DNA of 63,307 bases, the filler included, from Catajapyx aquilonaris (taxonomy: Eukaryota), in assembly GCA_000934665.2 (NCBI GenBank). It is 4 parts of 4 records of this genome, joined end to end, with 100 filler letters (N's around TTAATTAATTAA, not from the genome) between each part and the next. Parts side by side here need not be neighbours in the genome. Positions count along the whole stretch, not along the records: positions 31,742 to 47,480 come from JYFJ02007409.1; positions 47,581 to 63,307 come from JYFJ02007410.1; 2 more parts are not named here. The stretch is one strand, 5' to 3'. The translations under genes were made by a program, and so were the position numbers. Below are positions 35,331 through 48,593 of the stretch, in pieces (position 1 is the stretch's first letter; every line of letters begins with the position of its first letter). The notes beneath the pieces were generated by a model. It saw nothing but the letters and a program-made list of their open reading frames with translations, was not told where the DNA came from and did not search any database.

Positions 35331-37690
35331 ATGATGCGCCAAATCCTCCTCTTGGTTGCGCTCTGCGCTTTTGCAAGCAGCATTCCCTTCAGTAAGCATA
35401 ATATTATGTTACACGCATAATTTTATTCCTCTACTTCAAATAATTCAGTGGGGCTAATATTCATGTCCTTGCTTATGCTACACATTGTTTCAGACGGGAG
35501 GCTGTCTAAGAATACCATCCTTGTGAACGACGCAGCCAGCATTTCCGATCTCACCAAGCAGTATGTCTACTTCATGAATACGATGGACTCTATCAAGGCC
35601 TCTGCTGAGTATGTGGATTGTTCAAATTTTGGCCTTTAAATTACTTTTTCATTCTTTAATTTGCGTTTGGATTCCAGGGTGATGCAGGTGACCCCCCAGG
35701 AGCTGAGAAACATTTTTGACATGCTCAAGAAGCTTTTCGAAGAATTCAAAGAGCTGGTTTCAGAAAAGTTTGCAGCTTTTGTTGAGTGGATAGTGAAGAA
35801 CTGGAGGATTTTCATCAATTACATCGATGACCGTGCTAAAATGCTCGAAGCTTTGGTGCAGGAAGTAAGTACGCCATTATTTTTTGAAAAGATTGTCTGC
35901 AATATTGGCCATTCAGAATTTCCCCTTGAATATTGATGTGGGTCCTAGAAACCCAGTAGCAGATAGCAAGGAACCTATTAGCATAGTACAGTACTTATCC
36001 ATAATATGCGGTACACTCATAATTCACTTTCATGTACAGTATTCATTAAAAATGTATATTATGTAAAATCAAAAAAGCAGGATGGCTCATATTGAGTTAT
36101 GATTAAGAGATTAACTACATGGCAAAAATTATTTCTGGCTAGTGGCCAAGATAACCCACGCATATTTGGTACTCTGCTAAAAACATATTCTTACTCACAT
36201 ATTATTCTCACACGTCATGTTTCTAATATTAGCATTTATTTTACACTTCTAACTTTAATATTTTGATAATATTAGAATGAAACATTGCCTGTTAATACAT
36301 TGTTTTAGTCTTTTAGATTTATTACTAATATCATCTGCTGCCTTACACAATATGGTCTGATTCTGGGATATTACAGTGCCTATCTCAACTATTGTGCTTC
36401 ACCCCAAGGCTGCCTTTGAGAATGTCAGTTAGTCATATTTAGTCACCCTCTGGAGGGGTCATGGAAGTTTGACTGATAAGCTGATAACATGGCAGAGCAA
36501 TTTGCTTATAGCAGACAGACTACATTAGTTTGAGATTTTGGTATAGAGCAAGACAGAATTTGAATTTACTGTACTCCATACTGCATAGCACGGCTAAAGG
36601 ATGTCGCACACTCGCACACCTATAGAAAAAGTAACACATTTCATCCGCCAGTTCGTCAATGACATCAAGAACATGAGCGCCGAGCAGGTAGAAGAGGCTC
36701 TTCAATTTGCCTACGATCATCGTATGGAAATATTCGACCTGCTCAAGGATGTTGTCCAAGCTTGCAAAGACTTCTATGCTGGGTAAGTGCACGAGTTTGT
36801 ATTGTGAAGGCCTCAATGAGTCAGTAGACAATTTGATTTGGTTACTTAATTCATACACATAGCACAAAAAGTTGAAAGCCCGTTTGCTTGAATCAGTATT
36901 TTCTGTTGATCACATGTGTGTCAATAGTCAATAGTGTCAATCAGCTAAGAGCTGTAATTCCAATCAGCAGCCATCGGGATACATGCTGAATTTGATCATA
37001 GGAGTATGGTACCAGTTCGTGTGTGACAATGTTGTCTCTAAAGGTCTTCAACTATGGCCCTGTGAAAACCCTGATTGGTAGTTGATAACTCATAATAACG
37101 ATTGCTTCAGGTAAAAGCAGTTGAGGCCTTCTTTGTGGGAAATTTTGAATAAGTTGTCAGCTTATAAGCAGGGCTAAAATAACACAAACATTATATGCTT
37201 TTGTGCAGCAACTGGCCCGCTGGAATCAAGGACATGGTGAACGTCCTGGAAGAACTGGACAACCTTGTTGACCAAATTCCCGAATTGAAAGACTCTGTAT
37301 TCAGGGAATTTCTGGACTGGGCTGCCCAGGCTCTTCACCATCCCATCCAGACCATCAAGGATCTGGCCGAGCAGGTATGACTCTTTTAACTACAGCCACT
37401 ATAATGCACTTTTAAAATTATTGGTACTAATTAAAACACTACATGTTGTATTTTTATAGTTCCTCAACAATGTGCCAAAGGATAACAAGCAGGTGATGGC
37501 AGAGGCTGAGAAATTGTTTACACAGTTCAAGGACACTCTGGGGCCAAAACTGTGGGCCGCTCTTGAGAAGGCTTTCCATCCGTGAGTAAATGTTTTATCA
37601 GCAATATCCAAGAAGTAAGAATTCCCACTAATGCTGTGCCTGAATTCTTACAGAGATAAGGTCCAACACACATACGACAGGCGAAACTAG
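35331..37690 (+). CDS. Secreted amphipathic alpha-helical protein of unknown family. Coding exons 35331-35391, 35494-35608, 35678-35864, ~36589/36600-36782, 37209-37374, 37460-37581, 37654-37690
   Basis: TATAAA at ~35193 and a non-coding first exon (donor ~35244). Signal peptide MMRQILLLVALCAFASS. GT-AG introns are phase-compatible, and ATTAAA follows the stop. One unresolved in-frame TAA at 36595. Confidence 0.8.
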
Positions 37691-37996
37691 ATTTGCTTCA
37701 TCATTACCCATTTCCACTGACGTCATTGCCAATTAAACCAAGTTGTTATAGCAAAATTGTCTATATTTTTGTCACGTTGCATCACAAAATTGTCCGAAGA
37801 TATGGAAAATAAAGCATTTACACAAAACTAGGACATTTTCTTTAGTGTTATAAACTGCAAAATATAGCCTATTCCACAGTGCAGTACAGTGCATAGGTTC
37901 CTTCCCAAGTGTACCAAACAACCCGGAACAGCAGCTGACCCGTTTGTTTGTTGACATAATTATGGTGATCCAACCTGGAGGCCATTTATTTAATGA

Positions 37997-38956
37997 ACTA
38001 GCAGGTTACCTGGCGTTTCCCAGGTATGTTGGGGTGCTGGTAAAGGTAGGGGTACATATATTTTAGTAAGTTTGTTTGTTTGTATTTGCGTTCCATAATA
38101 TATTCTCGAAACTCGATATGCCTTAAAATAGGCCTTATAAGTTACAATAAGCCAAAGTTTGTCTCTATCTGTGATAGATTACCTGCTTCGGTTATAGTGT
38201 AGTCAACGCAGATATGCTGATTGGATGTGTAAAAAGAGGAATGCGGATAGAGTTGGCCCAGGAAAAGACTGCCCAGCGATGAGTTGTTTTTTTCCCCAGA
38301 ATTTTTGACCCCCCATCAACCCCCAACCCCACCTCACACCCCCAGCTCATTCCATATGTTTGCCTTGAAGGATGTTAGAAATGTATGCACAGGGGGGGAA
38401 ATTTTGTTTTCACCATTGAGTAATTTTTGTAAATACTGTATTTTTTGTATTGATTTGTGTCTGGAAGTCTACTTTCAAATCCCAGAATGACCATATGATG
38501 CAAACTCACGTGAGGTGGCCAATTAGCGTAATTGGCAGATGCATTGAATTTATGCCGATGGGGCATGTAAAAAAAGAGAGGCGCAAGATATAGATGCAAT
38601 GCTGTGTGGCAGGAAATCGATGCAAATGCAAAATCTCATATTTAATTTGCTAGGTATTGTTGCACAAGGGCATCTCCATGGGATTGGGAAATTGGAAAAG
38701 TGTAATTGTTGATATTGTTATTGATGTCCATATAATATGTTGATATTAAGTTGGTTATTGTTGAGGGTTTCAGTGAGAGGAATTGGGAATATGCGGAGTT
38801 AGGCTCATTTTCGGAAGGAGAAACATGCGGCATCAAATTCCTTGAAAAAAGTAACCCCCCGGTGGCGTGCTAGTTAACGGTGGTGTAGGGGCATTCCTCT
38901 GGATATCTATAGCGAACAAACAAACAAACATCCTCAATAAATTATAGATACAGATT
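37997..38956 (+). mobile_element. Helitron-like / HINE-type non-autonomous element
   Basis: Starts ACTAGCAGGTTACCTGGCGTTTCCCAGGTA (subterminal hairpin). Ends (ACAA)n...TATAGATACAGATT, the layout of DINE-1/Lep1-like repeats. Confidence 0.45.
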
Positions 38957-41091
38957 ATGTCCCTCTCCTGGAAATTGATGATTGGGATCAGTAACAATGG
39001 TTACTGCTTTGGCCTGAGGCAGGTTAGAACCTAGTCATGGAAGTTATGGACATTCCATTGTGGAAAAGCAGGGGGGGGGGGNGGGGGATGATTAGTTTCA
39101 TGTATGTTGGAAGCCTTTGCAGAATTGCAGTTCATATGTCATCACAGGGAGCAGAGGGAGGCCTCTGTCAACCTCTCATGGATCAAAAAATATGACTGCA
39201 ATTTGCATAAGCTTATACAGATTTTCTGACATTGCAAAATTCATGTCAATTCTCAACAATGAATCAAAGACAGGCGGAGTCACATGTACCCAGAAATGCA
39301 TCTGGCAGCTGTACATAAAGACCCCTTCAACAAACTTCAACAAAGCTTCTTAGGCCATAGCTGGGTTACAACAGAGATTTTACATGAAATATGCAGGGAC
39401 AAGAAGTGAGATGGTGCTCTATCATCTGTACATTAGCTATCATACTGCAACATTAGCATTAATCACTTTTCCTATTTATCAAAAAGTCTGAAATTGAGTA
39501 CATAATGTAAAGAAAAACTACCTGGATATTTTATTCCATAATCCGTGAATATATTTCCCATTTACATAATATCCCCTTTATCACTTGTTTCAAATGAAAG
39601 TGTGCATAAAATAGGCAAAAATATTAGATTAGGACACCTCCCAGATGCGGCCCTGCCACATTCACAGCTGACTTTTCAGTCGCTGGATGACATACTCAGG
39701 CTGTAACAAAAAAGCAAAATATAAAGACACTTTACACATGGTAAACCTTTCAACTAAGTGAGATCAAAATTGTAAACCTAAGCCAATGCAATGCCAAGTG
39801 TTAAATGCCTTGCACAAACCACCAATTTTATTATTTTGAATTAGTTTTCATTTTAAAAAATCCTGAAAAATGGGCATAAAGTAGGTGTAATGGGTATAAC
39901 ATTATTACAGGAAGTGAATACTCATATCATAGAACTTTTCATGTTCCACAGCAAGAACTTTTCGATAACCTCATTGACGGTATCGTGAGAACATTCCCCC
40001 CACCTAGTCAGAGTCATATACCCCCTCCCAATGTGCTTTCTAACTCTTATGAATTTAAAACATCATCATATGGCACTAATTGCTCAGACGACCTTCACCA
40101 CCATCGACAAAATCTCTCCAAAGTTCACCTCTACTTTTGAATCCATTTTTCAGAGTGCACTTATTTCTGCAAGGAAGTTAGAGTTAATTGAAACGGCAAA
40201 GTTCTATAAGAAACACCCTGTATTTTACCAGGCTCAGGACTTTCTTAACTTCAAATCTGAACTCTTCAGTAAGCCTCAATCCCACAGTTCCTTTACATGT
40301 TATTTAAAAATAATCTACATAATTTCCATATTCTGTCGACTCGCATCCACACTAGCAGGCTCAGGTAGAGTCTGGTTACAAAGGCAGATGTAACTCATTC
40401 TACCATGTCACAAAAAGGAACTCTGGGGGAGGGGGATCCAGACTTCCTGTGACCAATCGTACCATACATTCACAGCAATTATAATTATGTAGTAAGCATG
40501 AGGTGACATCCTTTCTTCAAAACTACAGCTTTATCATTATAAAGCACCAACAAGAATGAGATACTTCTGACTAGGGCTAGTTAACAACACTGTAAATGTC
40601 ATTAATTTTAATGTTGTATTGTTACTAAGCACATACCGATACAAACCACATTCCTTCTCGAAACATGAGTCTTGAAATAAAATTCATCTCACTGGCGGGT
40701 GAAATTACATGCAGGTGCAGATGAGAAATAGTATTGCATGGAGGCCAGTGAAATCCAATCCTTCACAAAATTAAAACAATGTGTGAGTAGGCAATAGTTG
40801 TGATACTGAACCATATTCCCACACTACCTGGTGTTTTCTAGATCAGCATCAACAGTTCCTAGGACCTGCTTCCCAACACTAACCAAATTTTCAACTGAAA
40901 AAGGTGAGCCATTACTTATTAATTACATGTTCTCTTTTTTCCATGTGTTATGGAAAACCAAATCATTAGACCCACATTTTAAAAAAATAATCTCATCAAA
41001 ATAAGCACAAAAATGTGAAAAAATTACTGATGTTGTTTCATTTCATGGTCATACTTACTCAATAATTACTCACACATGCATCAACAAGCTA

Positions 41092-41433
41092 CAGTGCTGG
41101 ACAAATTAGCCATCGCTGAATGTTTTTTTTTCCATCGGCAACGGCGCTGCGTTACCTGGCAACCCTGTCCGGTGGGCCAATTCAAACATCAGCCCATGGA
41201 GAGCGCTTCCATTGTTGCCACTGTTTACAAATCGAGTGAGTGAGTGCGCAGGCAGAAGAGACCCGTCGCTGGGTCGTCCGCGTCACTCACTCGATTTGTA
41301 AACAGTGGCAACAATGGAAGCGCTCTCCATGGGATGATGTTTGAATTGGCCCGCCAGACAGGGTTGCCAGGTAACGCCGCCGCCGCAGTCGCCGGAAAAA
41401 AACATTCAGCGACGGCTAATATGTCCAGCACTG
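41092..41433. mobile_element. Young palindromic MITE with TA target duplication
   Basis: TA-CAGTGCTGGACA ... TGTCCAGCACTG-TA with ~150-bp inverted arms and a short spacer. Confidence 0.92.
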
Positions 41434-41479
41434 TACAAAGAAGTCTTTTCTATGGAAAATAGGCCATGAAATCTATCAG

Positions 41480-41930
41480 CACCATACAAAATGTTTCTTA
41501 CTAGAATGTCCTCCAATCAGCATTGTACAGTATTCCTAGACCCAAAAGAAGTCAAAAATTTAGGGGAGACATGTCAAGGTAGCAATCATTGACAACATAA
41601 ACAACAATGAACATTTGGGTTCCCCTTAGACAACTGCAGCCAGCCACCCAACAGATTTTCTGGAGGGAAAGAGGCAATATTACCTCATGCCCAGCCATCA
41701 CTATCGGGATCATATCTTGCCACTACGGAAACCACTGAATGAACCAACATCAATTAATTTGACTTTCTCCTTACAGAAAAGCTATTGGGTGGGTTGCTAA
41801 GGGGAACCGAAATCTCCATCATTGTGTATGTCATCAACTGCTCCCTCAACACATCTCACATCTACATTTTTGACTTGTTTTGGGTTCAGAAACACCAGAT
41901 GACACTCAAGCAAGAAATACCATGCATAGT
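41480..41930. mobile_element. Old, degenerate palindromic MITE
   Basis: acccaaaagaagtcaaaaat...gttccccttag is mirrored by ctaaggggaac...atttttgacttgttttgggt. Confidence 0.55.
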
Positions 41931-43559
41931 GACAAGTGCAGGCTACCCAATGTGATGTAAATTAAAGCAATGGTACATGCCAAGGCTTATATCTTCTGGT
42001 TTTAATATCTTGGCGTTCTTGATGTGCTTCTTGGGAGCTATTAGATAGTGGTGCTTTGCTGCAGGTCTTATATCAGCAAATGCAATTACATCCACATCCT
42101 AAATATAAAATAATGCCATCAGATACTATTCAGAGAGTATTAATAGTAAACTTTTGAATTAAAAGAAAATTATTATCATTTCTTCCATAAGCTCCAACAA
42201 CACAGATACATATACTATAATGCTGAACATTCGAAAAAGGAAGCATCTGGACGCAGTGGTAAGGTCAACTTTCTAGTTGGATTTCCTGGGAACTTGACCT
42301 TATGGCTACGTGCTGATGAGTAGTTTTTTCGAAAGTACAGCAGTATAGCCCATGCTATAAAAATAAGAACTAAAATATGCATTTCAAGTATTGAAACTAT
42401 TATTAAAAATGAAATTACAAAATTATGTGTTCATCACATGACACTGAATAATTGTCAGTAACAGTCATTCAAATCTGGCACTATTGACTGATATCTCTTG
42501 AATACTGGCCAAATTGGCATATCAGACCTGGTATAATATATTCGCCTCTGCTTTCCCGTCACATATCTGGCAGAAAATACAGGTAGTTCTTGCACCACCT
42601 TCTTCTGCACCATTTGCATTGGACATCTTGTCTCCTAATAATAACAGAAGCTGTATAAGCCAATTACAATGGCCACAAAATCTGCGGGGAAAAATGAGAT
42701 ACAACACTCGGATTAGCTAATTTCACTAATAAGTTGAAATAATAAATAACTTAATCGGATATTGTGAAGTATATAAGAACAAAAAATTTGCTCAGGACAG
42801 TAACACATCATGATACATTCAGCTAGACAGAGCCATGTGTTTCCTAAGCTTCTATCCACACCAGCAAAAATATCATCTGTGCTAATTTCCACATAAACCT
42901 GTGACCTCACCTTCTGCCCTTGAGTAGGAATTACGAATAGTGTTGAAAACAATGTGTGTCCCTCACTGCCCTAATGAAAGGTGAGGCAACAGGTGCAAGT
43001 GTAACTCAGCATCCGCAAGCTTTTTAGAGGTATGGATGTGAATTAACTTATGAAACAAACACTATACAACTCAATATTTGGGGATCCATTTGTTCACTTC
43101 ACTGAAATTAGATAGTCCAATGTCCATTGTGCTAAGAAAATAATCTGGAGTAGAATAGGGTAGTTCATATGCTTTCATGGAGCTCCATGCCTTGGATGTG
43201 AACAACCTTTAATATTCAAAGCAGTCCCATTTTCTCCAGTCCCTTTTCCTTCTAGTCACATGCCATCAATCTGAGAGAGTCTGCGTGGAATATACACACT
43301 ACTTCATCCAACACAATCATATATGATTGTGTTGGATGAAGTCACCCATGGGAGTGTGGGGTGCTTGAGATGCATCATTTATTTGGGGTATCGGGACATG
43401 TATTAAACGGGATCAAAAGTAAGGCATAACCTTATGATGATAAGGTTATGCCTTAGAACAAGACAAGTTCCATCCTTCCAACTTACTCGATAACAAGAAT
43501 AAGATTATTCAATCAACCAACAGGCAATAACATATGATGACGCTCTGTTTTTCAACATG

Positions 43560-44169
43560 CAGTGGTGCCTCGTACTTCGAACCCTAACTTCGAACGTTCG
43601 AGAGTTCTCACGCTAATTTCGAGAGAAATTTGTTCCGGAGTTTCAACAATGATTCTAAGTTCGAACTGCACTCGCAGTGAACAAAATGTGCTCACTGCGT
43701 AAATGCCATCTATTATACACTCAAGTCGTCCCTCACTCTCGCTGTGAAAGCATTTCTTGAGTTACTCTTACTCTCGCGTGTTTTCAGTGTTTTTATCACT
43801 TTATTGTTGGTGGGTTTGGTTATACAATAGACGGTATAATGGTAGGTGACTCGTTCTCTCCACCCTCCACTCCACCAGCGACATGGGTCATCACGACTCC
43901 TCACTTGTACAGTAATTGCCATTTTCATGTTATTGTACAGTATTTAATTATTTCATTAATTGCATTCATGTTTTAATTTATTATATGCATTCTAGGCTCT
44001 AGGGCGTTTATCGTGTCATATTTACCTTAACGTATGTATGTTTTCTGTTTAAGTTTATCTAAATGGGCATTATTTATGCTTTAGGGTCTGGATTAATTCA
44101 CTTTCCATTATTTCTTATGGGAAAAACTGATTCGGCATTCGAACGACATCCTAGAACGAGGCTCCACTG
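43560..44169. mobile_element. Tigger/pogo-like non-autonomous element
   Basis: CAGTGGTGCCTCGT ... ACGAGGCTCCACTG-TA TIRs with subterminal TTCGAAC repeats. Confidence 0.7.
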
Positions 44170-45239
44170 TACTTCACATTATCTTCCTGGCTCTAGTCCA
44201 CATGTAGGACTTAACAGCTTACCTCTGGACTGCTCTGGACCTAGATTTGGTGCAGTTATCGTCTTCAAGAACGGAAATATCCTCAGTAAATACAAGAAAT
44301 GAAGCAACACTTGTTCAACTGCAGCCCATTATCTACATGGCGCGTCCAAAACTTCGATGACGTCATCAGCAACCCGTTTTTGTCGATATCATTCTAGTGA
44401 AAACATAACAACAAAATTAATTTTATACGTGAAAATATTATTTTGCTTTAAAGCCAAATTATTTTTAAAACGTTATGCTTTGTTGAGTATTAATTTAATA
44501 TCCGGACGCAGTTAAATTCGGCGGCAGTTTGAACAACGGATCTTTTATGTTTAGTTCCCAGATGTAATTTGTTGAAGAAGAAAAAAAGCACCATACCGTA
44601 GTGAGTATGCCTCTACAGCTTTATTTTAATTACACATGAACTGATTTTGTGTTTTTAATCATGTTGGCAAGTCACCATGATACATTTCAAAGTTGGCATA
44701 TGCGTAAAATTGTGCCAGTTTGAATACATTTGAAGATTTGAAGATCATGATTCGCGAAAGTAGACAGGGGGCATGTCTACATAATTATTACAATATGCAG
44801 AGTTGAATAAATTAATCAATGAACCGATTGATGATCATTACTACATTTCATGCAGTGAGCTAAGTTTTTGGTGACTTGTTGTGATAGTGGGTAGGATGTT
44901 TGCACAGTTTGCTGCTCTGAAGGGAATCACTCACCTGTCAATGACATTTATATAGATGCAAAAAATAATCAAACTGGGTCACCTTGATTCTAATACTGTA
45001 GCTTAAAAAGAAAAGCAAACTCTTAAAAATGGGATCCAGCTGTATAAACGCAATGAACCTGAGTCAATACAGATGGCTCCAATCATATCATATCTTGGAT
45101 CATTCACATCAAAAACGTGCAAACAACAGTTTTCTTTAAAGGTCAAGTGAACATATGATATACAGTATAAACTTTTTGTGAAGATATATAAACTTATAAC
45201 AATATATCATTGGCACAGTACAGTATTTTGCCAGTGATC

Positions 45240-47420
45240 ATGAAGTTGTTGCTAATAGTTGTAGCCTTCTCACTTGTGAAGAGTGGTGAAGGCCATGTGG
45301 AATTATTTCTTGGAAGGCACTGGAAATGGGGAATTACAGGTATTCCTCCTAGAGTCAATACCACAGAAAATTTACCATCTGATTCTTGGTTTACACAAAA
45401 ACTGGACCATTTCGATAAGAATGAGAACAGTTCATGGCAACAAGTAAGTATAATTTTGAACAATTTTTGTGAAACATACACTTTACTACTTTAGTATACC
45501 GTATATGTTGCAGTAGTCATAAGGTCATTGTCCTCTGCAGAGATACTTTGTTAATGACCAATATTACGAAAGTGGGGGTCCAGTCTTCCTTATGATTGGA
45601 GGTGAAGCTCCAATATCACCAAATTGGATGATTTCTGCCTACTGGATTACCCCTGCTAAAACTCACTCAGCCCTTCTGTTCCAACTGGAGCATCGCTTTT
45701 ATGGGAAAAGCCATCCTACCATGTATGTTATCGAAGCATCTATTTGACGACCATATTTTAAGATCATGTTTTAAAAAACATATGCTGCAATTTTTTCACT
45801 GTTTACAGCGATATGAGTACAGAAAATCTCAAATATTTAACCAGTGAGCAGGCGTTGGCTGATTTGGCCACTTTCCAAAGGGCAATGGAAAAGCAGTACA
45901 ACCTGACAGATAATAAGTGGATAATCTTTGGATGCTCATATTCAGGGAATTTGGCAACATGGTATCGCTTGTATTACCCCAATTTGGCCCATGCTGTCCT
46001 AGCTGGTAGTGCACCTGTTCTTGCAGAAGTCAACTTCTTCCGTAAGTATGAATTCTTTTACAATGGATACAACATTGAATGGTGGTGTTTTTAGAGTACT
46101 TGGAAGTTGTATCAGCTTCGTTGGAATCAATTTTGGAAGGATGCAGTTCTGCTCTCTATGAAGCCATGGAGCAAGTTCAAACTTATATGAGGAATGAAAC
46201 TGCTGGGCAAGATTACATAACAAAATTATTCAAGTAAGTTTTACTATGAAACTTTCATGCCTAGTAGAGCATGTGATCATTAAGTCGCTGTTGTTGCTAA
46301 ATAAAATAGAGTAGTAATTATTTCTGTTGAAGTTCCCTTGCTCCATTAATATTCCATTAGCAGCTCTGGCGGGAAAAGACCTCTAGAGCCAGAACACCCA
46401 ACTTTAATGTGCATCAGCAACATCAGTACAACTCGAACATTCAAAAACGTGAACGGATATGACAGAAAGCTAATGCAATATTTTTTCTCTTGATTGCAGC
46501 ATCTGCCATCCTCTCCACAACTTATCAGAATACGACATATACGACTTCTACTTCTACTTGGCTGAAACCTTCAGTGGAATGGTGCAATATTATGACACAT
46601 ACAAAGACAACTACTGTGATATGATGGTGAATGGAACAGGAATGCCAATCGAGCGTTTAGCACAAGTTGTGGAACTGAGATATGGAGGAAACTGTATTTC
46701 ACCCAGCTACTCCAACATGATCCACTATTACCAACTAACAAAGTGGTCCATCGAAAGCGACCAGCCAGGTATTATATTACATGTAGCATTTTCTGAGTAG
46801 GCTATATTTCACCTTCAATTTTTTTAAATTAATTACATGATTTTTGATTTGTTTTGTGGTTACATAGGAGGTCGTCCTTGGTTGTATCAAACATGCAATG
46901 AATTTGGGTACTATTCCACAACCACGTCAAAGAAGCAACCCTTTACTGGTCTCCCACTTGAATACTTCATTTCTCAGTGCGTTGACGTATTTGGAGCAAG
47001 GTATGGTATGTCACATATTATGCCATTAATATGTGAATCCAACTTAACCTCCTATTATAATTTCAGGTTCACTGAATCAGAAGTGAACAAAAATATTGAC
47101 CACACAAACTTCCTGTACAAGGGGAAAAACTTGAACGTAACTCGAGTGGCTTTTCCTACAGGGTCACTAGACCCCTGGCGGCCATTGAGTGTACAGAAGG
47201 ACTTGAACCCAGACTCTTTGGCCATAACAATACAAGGTAACATTAATTTCAAGTAAGGAAGAGCATGGCATTATATCTGTGTAATTACCTGCTTGCAATT
47301 TTTTCAGGGTCTTCTCATTGTGCTGTTTTCTATCCAGAAGATTTGGTGGACAATCCATCACTGAAAGCAGCACAAAGAAAGATCGATGAAATGATAGACA
47401 ATTGGTTAGTGTCAACATAA
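45240..47420 (+). CDS. Peptidase family S28 (PRSS16 / K12H4.7-like serine peptidase). 8 exons: 45240-45443, 45541-45722, 45809-46041, 46095-46233, 46500-46768, 46868-47000, 47067-47236, 47308-47420
   Basis: Signal peptide; motifs [48 protein letters not shown] (nucleophile Ser), [16 protein letters not shown] (Asp), GSSHC (His). All introns are GT-AG and phase-compatible. Confidence 0.95.
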
Positions 47421-47480
47421 CTCCACGTTCTGGTGTAGCTGGTGCAGGCGCGGATCCAGAAATGTTTTCAGGGGGGGGGG

Positions 47481-47580
47481 NNNNNNNNNNNNNNNNNNNN
47501 NNNNNNNNNNNNNNNNNNNNNNNNTTAATTAATTAANNNNNNNNNNNNNNNNNNNNNNNNNNNNNNNNNNNNNNNNNNNN
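47481..47580. other. Artificial 100-nt contig linker
   Basis: N-run containing TTAATTAATTAA. Confidence 0.97.
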
Positions 47581-48282
47581 GGATATGTCGAACGAAGACG
47601 ATGAATCCGCACCCGTTTTTCTCCTCGCTTTGCCTGAAAAGTGGCGCGAACGCCAGGTACCCGGCCCTCTTAACAAGTTACAGGCCCAGAGAGTTAGTGA
47701 AGTTAGAAAAGTTAGGACTTTCATTTTTGTCCTGCCTAGGTAAAAGTTATAATAATTACAGTAGAACTTCTAAAGCTCAAATGTGCAAGTTTCAAGTTAG
47801 AATTGGGATTTTGTCTATATTATCCCTGCTAAAAGTGCGTACCCTAGTTATTTGAGCCCCAAACAATATAGGTCTCATTGCTCAGCAATTGCTGCAACAT
47901 CGCAGACGAATTGCTCACTTGTAAACGCAGCTTTAACGAGCAATAGTTCATATCCTAAGTTAATTGTTGCTAACTGTCATCTGATGTTTCCAGGTGTCTG
48001 TTTAAAAAGGGTGCGGACAGTGTGGTGACCATCACGAGGCTTCACTTTCCGCCCGAGCAGATTCCAAAGTGAGAAGACAAGCCATTGCCTGCATTCCAAG
48101 TGATGTCCAAGGGAAACATGGAGATGGAAGCGGAAGGCATGCTGCAGGTAATCCGCAGCAGAAATTTATAACAAAAAGTATGCGGCAGACACCGCATTTT
48201 TCAGAGTTACCCAACATAAATTTTTATGCATCATTTTGCATATAAGAAGGTGTTATTTTCGACATTTTTCTTCCCTGAGCAG

Positions 48283-48593
48283 GATGACTTTGCGAGCAAG
48301 TTTGTAGGCGGCCGCTTCCTCAGACCTGGTTGTGTCCAATAGAAGATCCGATTAGCTCTCTGCCCTGAACTAGTGGCTTCGATGCTTACCTGCGAGTCGA
48401 TAGAGGATACAGAGTGCGTCCTGATCCACGGCTGCCAGCAGTTCAGCAGGCATCACGGGTACGGCGGGGCCTTCAAGTAGAACCGGACCTTCAGAGATGA
48501 AACTGCGGTGGACCAAGACAGACAACGGATCACCTGTGTGATGGCCATAGACGCACTTTATTTCAACCGTCCCTTTCAGCAGTACAGCCCGAG
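48283..48593 (+). pseudogene. PARG: Poly(ADP-ribose) glycohydrolase catalytic exon, disabled
   Basis: DFASKFVGG....GCVQ*KIR...CPEL..SML.CE...E...I.G.QQFS...GYG..F...AIDALYF...QY. Two in-frame stops, one replacing the first Glu of QEE. Flanked by AG and GT. Confidence 0.85.
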
